A stretch of DNA of 64,000 nt, from NCBI RefSeq assembly GCF_006345805.1, contig NC_043013.1, positions 15,562,001 to 15,626,000 of the forward strand, read 5' to 3'. Shown piece by piece: positions 24,775 through 39,247 of this stretch. The notes beneath the pieces were generated by a model that was given only the letters and a program-made list of their open reading frames with translations, was not told where the DNA came from and ran no database searches. Each line of letters starts with the position of its first letter. Position 1 is the first letter of the stretch. Both the position numbers and the translations under genes were made by a program. The DNA is from Octopus sinensis (taxonomy: Eukaryota).

Positions 24775-26940
24775 CTTACTGGTTTCATGGGGGCCATACT
24801 GGAGCACCACATTTCATTGTTTATGGGTCTCCTTTCTGTATTGTTCTTGGTGAAGAAGCGAGTTAGACGGCACTGCTCTTGTTTGTGCCTCCTACCCAGA
24901 TGCCCCTATGGGTTCATCTGGGATTTCAGGTTGAAAGTAGACCAGGTGATTTTTGAAGGTTTCCACATCTACACCTTGCAAATCTCTAAGGTTGTTTGGC
25001 AGGATGTGAAACAGTTGCGGTCCCCTGAAACTCAAGCTGTTGAAATACTGGGTCGGTCCTAATCCGAGATTAAGAAGACAGGATCTTTGGTATTATGCAG
25101 TGCCGTCCAATTCGGTGGTTGGTATAGCTTTTAATTCATAAGTTGAGAGCTAGTTCGTTCAAAATCTTCCGTATGTATACCACTGCATATCCTTCTGGCC
25201 TTCTCTATAGGGAGTAGAGCTTCAGCTTTTGTGGCCTCTCTCAGTAGCTCATGTGTTTCACCAAGTAAGTCTACTTCGTGTTGTGGCACTAGATTGTCAA
25301 AAATTCCACCATTAATTTGACACTCTGCGGGAGCAATAATCCAGATAACTGAGAACAAACGTCCTCCATAAGAGTTGCAAGGTATCCTTATTTCTGCTTC
25401 TGAATGATCTAAGGATCCATCCAGCTACTCGTCTGCACAGTGTTACCATCTTGGTAATATGCACATGGAATATTGCATCATTTACTCATATGGATTCCCA
25501 GCTCACGCACCGATCCTAACTCTGGGATTGCATTGCTCCCCTGGTCCTATGTATTCCGATTGTAGTCTGTTTATGGGTCCAACAAGGGAGTGCTTGAAGC
25601 TTATCAGCATTGAACTGCATGTTATTTTCAGCAGCTCATTTGTATATTGTATGCAGGTCGTTTTGCAGTTTTAGTATGTCATTAGGGTCGTTGACCGTTT
25701 GTGATACTTTTGTATCATCAGTATAGCTGGTGAGAGCGGCTGACTGTACGATTGATTACAGATCTGAGTGAGCGACCACAAACTATAATTTATCTTAGTA
25801 TAGTTCTCTGAGGAACTCCGCTGCGGATTGATGTCTTCCCAGAAAGAGCACCTGGCTGCAAGTTTTTGACTTTTGTCATTTAAAAGCTGTGCAATCATTC
25901 TCCCAGTTTTCAAGTGGTATCAAAGTCATGTAGTTTGTGACATATCCTATGATCAACTTTGTCAAAAGCCTTGGCAAAATAGAGATGTATCACATCCACA
26001 TTTGAATGGTTGAACTGCTGTTTCAGTATCCAATCGTAATGTTGTAGTAGTAGTGTGAGGCAGCTCCTCCCTGGGTGGAACCCAAGTTGTGTATTTGTGA
26101 GCAAGTTATTCTCTCCGAGGATCGGTATCAGTATCCTTATGACAACGCTTTCCATGACCCTGATAACATGTTAAGTCAGAGAAATAGGCCTTTTAGTATT
26201 TGCTCTGATTTCTCCTTTATGAACAGGGCATATGATACCCTCTTGTAACAGTTTTGGAAGTTTGCCACATGCACATGCAAGAAAACTCTGAATAAGTATC
26301 TACAGTGGTTTTGCAAAAGAGATTTCTTGCATGCTTTTAGAACCGCCAAAATCCACCCGAACCCCTTGTAGAATTTGAGCCCATCTCATCAATGGCCGAT
26401 ATTACATTTTCCTCTTCTTTGTCGATGTAGTCGACAGTTGCCTTTTCCCTATGTAGGTCTGCAGTGTTGACAAACTCTTTAGACTCGCTTACTTTCCCGT
26501 TTCCCAATTGAGAGTTGAAGACTCTCTAGAATTGTTTATTTAGTACTTCACATAGCCTCTTGAGTCCGCAGCTAGCGAGCCACCTTCTTCAAACAGTGGT
26601 TCTATCTTGTAGTGTACCGAGGCAGCACCTTTCGCGAACTTGTAGAAGGTTTTAGGATTCATTCATATATTTTCCACCGCCTGGTCTCTCTATCTACCCT
26701 TTCCTTTCCATGGGAGAGTTTGAGTTTACTTTCGACCTATAAAAGTCTCTATTTGAGGAGGGATTTCTTGCTGTCATTAAATTATTTAAGCGATTGGAGA
26801 TCTTTATTCCCTTTCTCATAAAGACTCTCCTGTCTCGAGGAATGATGCTTTTGTATGTAGTTGCTCTCTTTTCTTGGACAATTTTAATGCATATGGTTCG
26901 CATTATTGACATGAATTCTTTAAGTTTCGTATCAATGTTT
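24775..26940 (-). mobile_element. Degraded LINE ORF2 (reverse transcriptase)
   Basis: Fragments QLGFHPGRSCLTLLL..DVIHLYFAKAFDKVDH with many frameshifts. Confidence 0.75.
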
Positions 26941-27449
26941 TGTATAAATATATATACACGACAGGTTTCCTCACAGTTTCTGTTTAACTAATTCACTTAG
27001 AGAACATTGGGAGACCTGGGGCTATAGAGGAAGGCAATTGTTCAAGGTGCCGCATAGAAGGACTGAGCCGAAAGCTACGTGCTTGCAAGCGATATATCGA
27101 TATGTGTATGTGTACACGTCAAAACATGTATGCATATACGGTGGATGTATGGATAGAGGGTAGGGTGGATGGTTATGTTTGTTTGAGCTTTTGGTTATTT
27201 TTTTTTCTATATAAAACAGGTATGCCACGTTCCGCCCCTCCTATGTCAAAATGTAAGGCTTCCGACAATTAGACAGCAACAAAAATTAATATGAAACCGA
27301 AATCTATTTTGGAGTCAATATGATTAATTAATACTAAGACCCTTTGTAAATGGTGCTCCAGTGGTAGAAACGAAACAAAGAATATCTATGGAGCCATATT
27401 GATTATAATCAAGCGCTAATAAGAATTTTTTTACTTGTTTATTCGATTT

Positions 27450-27820
27450 AATTCAATTTTTTAAATTTTAATTCAATTTTTATTGGCTCAAAAAGCAAAA
27501 GCAAGGCCATGTAGGGGAGACAGGGAGTTATGCACCGGGAGGGTGGTCATACAAAGAGTTCAGGCCATTTCTGGTCAAGAGAGACTTTGAACTGAGCGGT
27601 CGTCGGCATCTTCACTATCTCGTCCGGTAGCTTATTCCACGGATCCGCAACCCGGACGGAGAAAGCCCCTCTCCTTCGATTGAGATGAAATCGTCGAAGA
27701 TAGAGCTTTTCGGAGTGACCCCGCAGCCCACACTCTGGAGCAGGAGTGAAGAACATCTCTTTCGAGAGGTTACACTTTCCGCTTATGATGTTGTGAGCGA
27801 GAATGAGATCACCACGTTTT
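27450..27820 (-). mobile_element. 3' end of the same LINE family
   Basis: Near-identical to 11330-11660; DLILAHNIISGKCNLSKE...FSVRVADPWNKLP. Confidence 0.85.
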
Positions 27821-28286
27821 TCGAGAGATTTGGCTAATTTTCCGGGGGTCTTTGCCAAAGACTCTTGGTTCTTAATCTTTATAGAATCGACCCTTTATAT
27901 TTAGAACTCTTTAATCACTTTAGCAACCTGCTTTAGCCTTTTAGTATTTAGATTACTCTTGTCAAATGAATTATTTATTTATTCGTATTGTTTTGAATTA
28001 ATCGCGCATTAACTCATAGCTTCATGATTTCAATGATGTGATTGCTTCGTTTTGGAATGACATTGTAAGAGGTGTAAGAGGTCAGATCTGGCTGGCTTGA
28101 ACGTAAAACAGGTAGGATATTTTGGCCGGATATGGCTAGTTTAAACGCTAAAGGGTTAGTACACCCTATTCAAACGAGGTGATAATATACACACAGCAAC
28201 TTACAGAGACATACCTACATATGCGCATATATACATAGACATACAAACAACACACATATAAATGGAAAGACATATGCATTCAACAC

Positions 28287-28339
<53 letters not shown>

Positions 28340-28344
<5 letters not shown>

Positions 28345-29035
28345 GATCACTCAGAGAGTGCAAACCTCCGCCAAGGCAACATCAACGTCCTCTCAACGAT
28401 TAGCCGGGGATAATTTTTAAAATGAGACTATCTGAAATAAACTCTGCTGCTCTCACAAAGAAGAAAACTAAAAATGAACCCGACCGCTCTCAAAAATTAA
28501 GGAAAAATAATCCAGAATCCTTGTCTGGCACCGGATCGATCCCAAAATCTAATAAGTTCGTGCCAGTCACAAGGCCAAACATCCCTGAAAGTTTCATCCG
28601 TCTCCATCCAGCCTTCGATAAGACGGTAGTTTTAATAATAAATGTCATAGTGCTGTACCATGCAGTGGCTCTAATGACCTCTGATCTTAACTGATTGGAA
28701 GTGTTATCATGTACGTTGTTTTGTCTTGGTATAAAAGATGGGCTACACCAAATATTCTGCTCAATACCACAGATTTGCTTGTCAGTTGTTTGACCGTAAC
28801 CAGTTGAGCATGTCCCTTAGTGGCTGACGATATGTGCATCTCTGATGAGGAGCAGAAGTAGTGAGGAAGCAGCATAGCCATATGTTGAGAGGGATTCTTT
28901 GGGGTTTAAATAAGTCACCTCTAGAAACATGGGTGTTTTGTTCATCATCCTTAAACAACCCTTATTCAAGGACCTTTTGAGCGGGATGGGCTGCTCGACC
29001 AGAAGAAAATTCTAACAGCACATGACCTACAAGGT
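28340..29035. repeat. Unclassified interspersed repeats (Helentron-like piece plus another repeat)
   Basis: CCGGATCGATCCCAAAATCTAAT...GAAAGTTTCATC pattern after (TAA)n; no phase-compatible exon. Confidence 0.3.
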
Positions 29036-29189
29036 CAAAAAAATTTCTATCGTAGTAGGCGCATTAGGTACGATAAAAAATATTCAGACAAATACATAAC
29101 AAACATACCAGGACTAAGATTAAATAGAAACCTGTTAATTAACAGGCTTCCATAGCACTGCTTGAAGAGTATTAATTAAGAAACAGTTC

Positions 29190-30460
29190 TTTCCTTGTGA
29201 TAAAACGTCACTTCTTGAAATATGCTTGACGTCACATGAAGTCACGTGATGACGGAGTGTCCTGGATCCAAAGAGATGAACTCAATATCTCGTTAGCATT
29301 GATTACCGCCAGGCATCTTCTGTAGATTGAATGCTCCAAACGATTGATGAAGGCCATGGGGATAGCAGCCTACACTCTGTTAAAACTTGCAGTGAGTTGT
29401 GATGCAGTTGTCGGCCTTGGACGGATGTCATTTAGCCTTCTTCGGATTTTGTCCCATAGGTGCTCTATGGGGTTCAAGTCTTGAATTAGGGTAGGCCACG
29501 GCAGTGTCTAGATGTTGTGTTGTTGGAAGAAGTCTGTTGTCAGCTTGGAAGTATGGGCACGGGCGTTGACGTGTTGGAAAAGCGTGATTTCAATGACGGA
29601 CAAAGTATGACAAAATGTGAGGCCTCAGCACTTGGTCGATGTGGCGAGTAGCGGTTACTCCATTGCTATGGCCTTAGCCGATATTTTGAAAGACCATCGG
29701 TCCAAGTTTCTGGTTGAGTGCAATACTGCCCCATACCATGATGTTCTGTCCTTCCCATGAGTTTTTCTCCACCGCATAGCCATCGGTATGACGTTCACCT
29801 CTTCTCCAAACCCTATCTCTGCCTTCTACCACAGAAAAACAATACCAACTTTCGCCAGAGAAGTCTATAGTCCTCCACTGCTGATATCGCTAGTTCTGGC
29901 GTTTTCGAGCAGTCGATCTGTGAGGATGGGGACCCTAGCAGGACGTCGATAAGACAGATTGAAAGATCTCATCCGGCGGTGAACTGTCTCTGCACAAATG
30001 GGTCTGTGGCGAGTGCCTATGGTCTGCCTAGCTGATTCCATTGCCCTCCGGAATCGGCCCAGCAAGCGCTGTCGGTGCAGGTGGCGATCTTAACGTGTCG
30101 TTGCAATCCTCAGTCGGCCATTGCGTGGACGATCATCCATGATGTTTGTGGCATCAGCCGCTCAATTGTCTGAATATTGCAGTTCAGGTCATTAGCAATG
30201 ACCCATGGACGCTGACCAGCATGAAGACGTCCGATGGCCTGCTCCCTCATTTCGTGGAAGTCGTGGCATGCTTGCTGCGTTCGGGAAACGAAAATCAGGC
30301 TGGTAAATTTGGGTGCCTTGTACACCCAATGAGTCAACGTTTTGCACGTGCATCATGCTTTTCATTAAGATGCATTCTCGAGCATTACTATGTTCACGAA
30401 AAGTGAGCGAGTTGGAACCCCACATGCAATCCTTGTGTTTTCAAAAGAGAGTGGTGTTGT
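29190..30460 (-). mobile_element. Degraded Tc1-like transposase
   Basis: Minus-strand fragments MPRLPRNE/REQAIGRLHAG, ETVHRRMRSFNL..RRPARVP, LPWP...DLNPIEHLWD. Confidence 0.75.
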
Positions 30461-30519
30461 GGGTCAGCGACATCTTCCTGGTGTCAAATTACCTAGAAAT
30501 GTGATAAAATCCATATATG

Positions 30520-30678
30520 TTTCTTTATTACCCACGAGGGGCTAAGCATAGAGGGGACAAACAAGGCCAGACAAACGAATTTAAGTCGATTACATGGACC
30601 CCAGTGCGTAACTGGTACTTTATTTATCGACCCCGAAAGGATGAAAAGCAAAGTCGACCTCGGCGGAATTTGAACTCA
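30520..30678 (-). mobile_element. SINE family A (5'-truncated)
   Basis: Reverse-complement match. Confidence 0.8.
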
Positions 30679-30907
30679 ATCTCAATATCGTGTGTGAAAC
30701 AATCTTTTACAGTGCGATGTTTCTTTTGTAGTTCAGTATATATAATTTGTAGCTGTTTGTGCACACATTGCATTCTAACTTCGCTAAGTCGGTGAGGCAC
30801 GTTTGCATACCTCTGAATGTCTCTCCGCCGTTGATTACAACGTTCTACCACAGAGTAAATCCTGATACAAGGCTGTCATGTCTAAAGCGGAGGACCTTAA
30901 TAAGGTA

Positions 30908-31429
30908 CCGTAAATCCTCGAGTATAATTCGCATTTCCCCACCAAAATTTAAAGGTCAAAATCCCTAGTGCGTACTGTATACGAGGTTAAAAATGAAAAA
31001 TATTTTCTAAGCAATGTCCGAGTCTCTATTTGCTGTCCGGCAATGTTTATTCAGACGCATTTTGTGATGTCGGGAGCTAAAATACTTTAAGCTTAGCCTG
31101 AAAGCAATGAAGTCATAAAAGAATCATCCATAACTTGCAGTAAACAACATTTATTAAAATAAAAGTATTCAGAACACAGAATAACATGTAACAAAAACAA
31201 TTTGCAAACATATTTACATTCCCATATAACAGTTGAGAACATCACCATTATTGTATTACGCATGCGTGGAAGTGTCTGTTCGACTAGGTGCTGCTGGCTT
31301 AATTAAGCACGACTCAAGTTAGCGAAGGAGTGCGTATTATACACAAGGTTTAGATTTTTCAGAGGTACAGACCCCTAAAAATCCCCTGCGTATTATACTC
31401 AATGGCGGACTATACTCGAAGATTTACGG
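30908..31429. mobile_element. pogo/Tigger-like MITE
   Basis: TA-CCGTAAATCCTCGAGTATA / TATACTCGAAGATTTACGG-TA terminal inverted repeats. Confidence 0.8.
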
Positions 31430-31755
31430 TATGTCAGTCTCATAAAACTGCAGCAATATAACTCCAGCAATATTATCGCAGTTAGAGCAACAAAAAATAT
31501 ACACACATACAGATATGCACAATGGTACACATACATACATATACACACATATATAAATACAGGTACACGCATACACACAGAGAAACAAATATACATGCAC
31601 AAAGGTCCACTCACGCCCACATCGACTATCTCTCTCTCTCACACACACACACACGCACACACACATACGCAAACACTCACATACATACACATACTTACAT
31701 CCTCTCAAACACACCTACTGGCAATCGCATAAACACACTTGAACAAAGTTTGAAA

Positions 31756-31790
<35 letters not shown>

Positions 31791-31996
31791 GTCATGCACA
31801 AGTGCATACACAGAAACACCCACATACACAAGCAGGCAGAGACAGGCCGATACAGGCACCCATACACACGCACGCACGCACACACACACACACAGACACA
31901 CACACACGAACACATAAATATACACATATATACACACTTATAGATTTATAAAAAGTTGGTCCATAAATCAAAGTTTACATGGTTAATGTGTTGAAG

Positions 31997-32104
<108 letters not shown>

Positions 32105-32189
32105 TCTTTCTCATGTTTCAGTCATTTTGACTGTGCCCATGCGGGAGCACCATATATATATTCTTTGATGCTTTTATATTTTTATTTCT

Positions 32190-32442
32190 TTCAGTCATTT
32201 GACTGTGTCCATGCTGGAGCACTGCCTTAAAGGTTTTTCTGGGCGAAGAAATCAACCTCAGAACTTATTCTTTGTAAGCATAGTATTTATTCTATCGGTT
32301 ACTTTGGCCAAACTGCTAGGCAACGGGGACGTAAACACACTAACATCGGTTGTCAAATGATGATGGGAGGATAAACACAGACACAAGACACATACACACA
32401 CGCACGCACACACTCTCTGTCTGTCTGTCTGTCTGTCTCGCT

Positions 32443-32474
<32 letters not shown>

Positions 32475-32645
32475 CACAATAGGCTTCTTTCAATTTCCGT
32501 CTACCAAATCCACTCACAAGGTTTTGGTCGGCCCGATACTATAGTAGAAAAACACTTGCCAAAGTTGCCACGCAGTGGGACTGAAACCCTGAAGCTGGAA
32601 CCAAGTTGTTGGGAAGTATGCCCATTACCACACAGCGACGCCTGC
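32190..32645 (-). mobile_element. SINE family C
   Basis: Reverse complement of the 20855 copy. Confidence 0.75.
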
Positions 32646-32651
32646 GCTTGC

Positions 32652-32711
<60 letters not shown>

Positions 32712-32717
<6 letters not shown>

Positions 32718-32914
32718 GGAGAGTTCACAAAAAAAAACAAAAGACAAAGACAGGTGGTGTAGAAAACAAACAGATTATTAATAGTATAACGCACAGGAAT
32801 AGAAAAAGTCTTTTACGTTTCGACCCTACGCTCTTCTACAGAAAGGGACACAGAAAAAACAAGGAGAGAAACAAGGAGAGAAAAAAGGAGAGGAAAAAGG
32901 AGAGAAAAAATTCA

Positions 32915-32915
<1 letters not shown>
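32712..32915 (-). mobile_element. Second copy of the short Penelope-like element with hammerhead-like variant
   Basis: Reverse complement of 20480-20640; CTTT CTGTAGA AGAGCGTAGGGTC GAAA CG TA AAAG at 32810-32845; abuts (TA)n. Confidence 0.5.
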
Positions 32916-32963
<48 letters not shown>

Positions 32964-33000
32964 GAGAGAAAAAATTCACGCACACACGCACACACACACA

Positions 33001-33043
<43 letters not shown>

Positions 33044-33294
33044 ACACGGAGCACCCAAAAGAAACCAGAATTATGCAATATTAATTTAGTCACTTAGTTT
33101 TATATGTTTACACTTTTTATCGCCTTCAAAGTATTTTCCATTTGAAGCAATGCATCGGTCCAGACACATTTCCCACTGTTCGAAGCAGTGCTGGAATTCT
33201 TGCGAAGCGAAGCCTTTTAACGCTTCCGTCATTTTTTTTTACTTCACCTCTTCCACATCTGCTAATTCTGTAGCGCTAGATTTCGTCATTAGCC

Positions 33295-33735
33295 AGCAAG
33301 TTCGAGGTGGGAGTAAGTCAATTACATTGACCCTAGTACTCACCTGGTACTTATCTTATCGACTCCGAAACGATGAAAGGCGAAGTCGACGATAATAGGC
33401 GAAGGAATTTGAACTCAGTTCGTAAAGACGGACAAAATGCTGCTAAGCATTTTACCTGGCGTGCCGACAATTCTACCACCTAACCGCCCTGTAACCTGTC
33501 AATATTACGATTAAGAGAAAGGCGGCAAGCTTGCAGAATCATTAGCACCCTGGGCAAAATGCTTACCGGCATTTCGTCCGTCTTTACAAGGCGAGTTCGA
33601 ATCCGACCGATGTCGGCTTTGTCTTTCGCCCTTTCGAGATCGAAAACATAAATACCAGTCGAGCTCTGGGAATCTATGTAATCAACTTAACCACTCTCCC
33701 CCGAACTGTTGGTTTTAAGCTAAAATTTGAAACCA
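33295..33735. mobile_element. Two diverged SINE A copies arranged head to head
   Basis: Minus copy ends at about 33490; plus copy starts GGCGGCAAGCTTGCAGAATC at about 33521. Confidence 0.65.
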
Positions 33736-34223
33736 ATATTACAGTTCGAAAGATATTTCATATTATGGAGGTGCTCATTTGTTTTGTCGAGAGAGGGAAA
33801 ATGAAGTTAAAGAAAATTAAGCTAAATTCCGGTGAAAAAAAAAAATTTTAGCTATTTTTGTTCTGTGTTAGACAATATGAAATGACAGTCTATTCACGTT
33901 GAATTATGATTCCGTTGGAAAAAGCGACACTTATCTTTATGAGAATATATTTTTGTTTTGTCGAGAGAAGAAAAATACAATAAGATGAAAAAAAAAAAAG
34001 TAAGAATTAAAATTCCATTTGCAAAAGATAAAAATCTTTTTCTCCCTCAGATGAAACGAAAGGACAGTCCTATCACGTCACTATTTTCTTCTCCTCAAAC
34101 TACTCAAACATATCATCCAAACTTAAGATTTTCATCCAATAACAAATTTATCATAATTATCATATGGTATCCGAATGCAAGAATGAAAGAGAAGAGATGT
34201 AATTTTTCTTTTCTTTTACTTAC

Positions 34224-34425
34224 CATGGCAATAAAGATTAACCGCATGCCCAGACGAAGTCATTATCTGGTATATACCATCTGCAGCACTGCTTCCCAAG
34301 TCGATCATAGCTTCCTCGCAAGAATGGTAGACCTTTCCGTAAACCGCAAAAGAAGTAAAAGCTAAAATAAGGTAAAGCCAGATCCATGTTTGGCCGATGC
34401 TGTTATATTTGCGAAACACGTTCAT
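34224..34425 (-). CDS. Secreted GON/WSC/EGF protein, first coding exon: signal peptide + start of GON domain
   Basis: ATG at 34425; MNVFRKYNSIGQTWIWLYLILAFTSFAVYG (basic n-region, hydrophobic h-region) then KVYHSCEEAMIDLGSSAADGIYQIMTSSGHAVNLYCH, matching the GON N-terminal pattern sC.e...DG.Y.i....v.lYChG; GTAAGT donor, phase 1. Confidence 0.85.
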
Positions 34426-34735
34426 GTTTGTAAAAGGAACAAATTTGCATTCTATTGTAGACTTAACAGTTGTTTTAGTATTAAAAAAAAAGTTGCAGCA
34501 GTATTAGTTGTTGTTGTTGTTGCTAATAATGATGATAGTCATTTGATAATAATTATAATAATCCTGTGACCAAATTATGTCTTTTAATATACCAAACTAG
34601 CCTTTATATATGTACCTTGGGCCAAACTGTACCTTGATACCTTTATATGTAGATAAAACAGACTCTTTCTTTGAGTCTATTTTATCAGCCAAAATTCAAG
34701 ATATATTGTAGATTATAGTCGAACGCACGCACGCA

Positions 34736-34788
<53 letters not shown>

Positions 34789-35829
34789 AACATGCACATA
34801 TACACAAACATATATATGTTATGTTATGTATGTATGTATATGTGTGTATATATAGATATATATGCATATCCTCCCTCAACTCTCTCTCCCTCTCTCTCTG
34901 TAAATATATATACATATATATATATATATGTATATATATATACATATATATATACATATATATATATACATATATATATGTATATATATATATATATATA
35001 TATACACAATATATATATATACATATATATATATTTATATGTATGTATGTATATGCAGACATAGAAAACAGCTATGATGAGGTACCATCTTCAAAATCTT
35101 TTAGTCTATCATATCTACCTCAATATCTATTTTGACTCGGTATTTATTTGATCGATCACTATTGATTGATTTGTTTATTTACGTATATGACAAAAATGTT
35201 GAACAAACACTCGCACACATGCACACGGGACTATACACATACACACACAAACATACACATACACAAACATATACATACACAAACATACACATACACCTAT
35301 TGAATTGACGATGGACAAATGTACGAAAAGTCTTTAAATGGGAAGGACTTAAAAATCGTTTGTGACACGTATTGTACGGTGGCCCCAGTAGAGGTGAAAG
35401 GTCGTAGGTTGACCTGGAATGTCCCAATTGGTTCATATTGAACTTAGGAAGTATAAGGAATCACGAAAAGGTGAAGGAGGAAAATACTTCATCATGGATA
35501 TACTAGAGGCATGTAAGAGAAGAATCAATGCTAGAAACAAATTCAAGAAACAGATACTCAGCAAGTAGTTAGTGTCTTACTTGTGGAATTACAATTCTAG
35601 GTAGGTACCCAGTGGTCACTGCATGGATACAGAGGGTGCAAAAAGGACGTGGACGTTTCACACTCGCATCGATGGAGATAAACACATCTTGCAGGTGGGG
35701 CGTTATTGTCAAACGGGATAGAAACTGCTGTGATCTCTGGTCAATAGCCGATGAAGGGAATATTTCACAGTGAAAATTATATGCAAAATTATATATACAT
35801 ATAGCACACAATGGATGGGATTGCCTATA

Positions 35830-36490
35830 TTCAGTCCACTGCAAGACGAAGGCCTTAGCATGTTGTCTCTAGCAATCACTGGTCTGATGAGGAGGCCGTA
35901 TATTTGAACATGGGATCATACTGGTTTGATGAGCCTACTCTGTTTCACTGGCTTGGCAGAAGGGCGCAGTTTTTATACTTTTACTCAGGAGTGGGGGCTG
36001 CAGTCTAGGGAGTCAGGTGGCCAGATGTTTGGAGTGATGTGGTTGCAGAAATTGTCTGACAGCCATGACTGGGTTCTCCTGCTTGTGTGGCATGGTACAG
36101 AGTCTTGTTGCCAGACATAGGATCTGCCAGCAGCCACCCTCTTGATCCAGAGCAGCACTACCTCCTAAAGGCACTTGATGTCGGCCTCCGTGTTGAGTCT
36201 GAGGCCGTGTGGGAAGATGAATGGAAACATAACGTTGCCATCACTAGCCACTAGTGATCACTCCAAACACCATCATGTTGACTCGATGTTTGATTTTTAT
36301 CATTCTCAGTACATGTCCTCAGATTGCACTGTCCTCAAATCGACACCCAAACACTCTGAAATGTTCGTATTGGAGCTTCCAGCGCGAATCTCAAGCAGTA
36401 CAGTATGTCGTTTCCAAATTCCTGGCAGATTGAATTGCGTCATGGTGGTGCTTTTCACACAGACAGTGCCCAACTGACCCTACAATACTG
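35830..36490 (-). mobile_element. Degraded Tc1/mariner-superfamily (maT/DD37D-like) transposase
   Basis: Minus-strand WQQDSVPCHTSRRTQSWLSDNFCNHITPNIWPPDSLDCSP. Confidence 0.65.
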
Positions 36491-36561
36491 TGTAGTCGAC
36501 AAAATCGAAAATAAGCAATGCACATGCGTGAAGTTAAAATTCTGACAATTTACTCGTCGAA

Positions 36562-36596
<35 letters not shown>

Positions 36597-37194
36597 TTGT
36601 GTGTAATATATGTATGTATGTTTATATTTATGCATGCATGTATGTATGTATGTATGTATGATGTATGTATGTATGTATGTATGTATGTATGTATGTATGT
36701 ATCTATCTATCTATCTGTCTATATGCATGTATAAGACAGGCATTCACACAGTTTTCTTCTTCCAAATTTTATGCACACGGCACCAGTCAGTCTCAGACTA
36801 TTGCGGAAGACATTTGAAAGTTGTTGCTCAGAAGCATCGAACTCGGACCCGCGTCGTTCGGAAGTTAATTTCTGAATCCCACGTTTATATCCATGCATGT
36901 ATAATATATATATATATATATAGTACGTTTATATATTTGTTGGCTAAACTGGCAAAATGACCATTCCGAAATATAACAATATATATATAGTTGTGTATAT
37001 ATATATATATCCATGCATACATACATGTATGTATGTTGTATGTATGTATGTATGTATTATGTATGTATGTATGTATGTATGTTGTATGTATGTATACATA
37101 TATACATACATATATAAATATATATATATATAATATATATAATATATATATATATATATAATATATATATAATATATATATATTTATATTTATA

Positions 37195-37230
<36 letters not shown>

Positions 37231-37368
37231 CTTGTCTGTTCAAAATGCAACTGATAAAATGAAAGAGGAGAAAATTACTTTATCTACGTTTCAAGGTACA
37301 ACGTAACACAAGTTATATATGGAAGAAAATCGTTAGGATAGTCGTCAGCCCCTCCCCCCACAACCACA

Positions 37369-37419
<51 letters not shown>

Positions 37420-37690
37420 ACCACATCCACGACGACGACGACGACAACAAAAACCACAACTAGTATTAATATATATGAATGTAAGTAGAATACTTATACG
37501 CGCATGCGTATATACATACACATACATGCACGTGTATATCACAAATATGTATGTTTGTGAATACATCAGTATATTTAAGTACGTACATGCACACATACAT
37601 ACATGTACACACACACGCACATATATACATACATACATACGCACGTATATGCATACATACATACATACATACATACATACATACATACAT

Positions 37691-37731
<41 letters not shown>

Positions 37732-38339
37732 TATACACACACACATACATACATACATACATACATACATACATACTACATACCTACATACTATATATAT
37801 ATATTATATACATACACACATACATACATGCATACATACATACATATATATTACCATAATATATATATACATACATATATATATATACATACACACACAC
37901 AACACATATATAATAATATAGATATACACACATACATATAACATACATACATATATATAATATATACATCACACACATATATAATATATATATATTAATA
38001 CATATATAATATATAATATATATATATATACATATACACACATACATACATACATACATACATACACACACACATACATATATATATATATTATATATAC
38101 AATACATGTGCATACATATTCACAGACACATAAAGATATACACTTAAACCTGCATAGACACCAAGACATGCGCACACATACACACACATACGCTTGCATA
38201 AACCCATACTTTCATGACAATCGGATTATATGTATTACACATGGCTTATATATAATTAACGACGGCCTTGCGCTGTTGGCTGTGATGACGACGACGACGA
38301 TGGTGGTGGTGATGATGATGATGATGATAATGATGATGA

Positions 38340-39040
38340 TGATGATGATGAGGATGGTGGGGGGTGTGGGTGGTGGTGGGGTCTTTGAGGTGGTGTTTGT
38401 GGTGGTGGTAATGATGATGATGATATGATGATGATGAGATGGTGGGGGGTGGGGGTGGGGGTGGTGGGGGGTCTTTGAGGTGGTGTTTGGTGGTGGTGGT
38501 AATGATATGATGATGATGATGATGATGATGATGGTGGGGGGTGGGGGTGGTGGTGGGGTCTTTGAGGTGGTGTTTGTGTGGTGGTAATGATATGATGATG
38601 ATGATGATGATGATGAGGTGGGGGGTGGGGGTGGTGGTGGGGTCTTTGAGGTGGTGTTTGTGGTGGTGGTAATGAGATGATGATGATGATGATGATGATG
38701 ATGGTGGGGGGTGGGGGTGGTGGTGGGGTCTTTGAGGTGGTGTTTGTGGTGGTGGTAATGATAATGATGATGATGATGATGATGATGATGGTGGGGGGTG
38801 GGGGTGGTGGTGGGGTCTTTGAGGTGGTGTTTGTGGTGGTGGTAATGATGATGATGATGATGATGATGATGGTGGGGGGTGGGGGTGGTGGTGGGGTCTT
38901 TGAGGTGGTGTTTGTGGTGGTGGTAATGATGATGATGATGATAATGATGATGATGATGATGATGATGATGGTGGGGGGGGTGGGGGGGTCTTTGAGGTGG
39001 TGTTTGTGGTGGTGGTAATGATGATGATGATGATGATGAT
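38340..39040. repeat. Compound G-rich minisatellite, 8 units of about 80-92 bp
   Basis: (GAT)n-GGTGGGGGGTGGGGGTGGTGGTGGG-GTCTTTGAGGTGGTGTTTGTGGTGGTGGTAAT; GTCTTTGAGG seen 8 times. Confidence 0.9.
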
Positions 39041-39216
39041 GCACATAATGATGACGACGACGGTGACAATGAATACGATGACGGTGGTGATGCTGCTGCT
39101 ACTGATGATGAGGATTATAGTGACTGTTGTGGTGATGGATGATGATGATGATGACGACGACTACGATGATGGTGATGGTTTCGGTTGTGGTGGTGGTGGT
39201 GATTGTTGTGGTGATA

Positions 39217-39247
<31 letters not shown>

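Noticed and set aside
38340-39040. Regularly spaced repeat resembling a CRISPR array
   Set aside because: Spacers are microsatellite variants rather than unique sequences; eukaryotic context; no cas genes.
38212-39069. 285/266/262-aa His/Pro-rich ORFs
   Set aside because: Open in several frames only because of the minisatellite.
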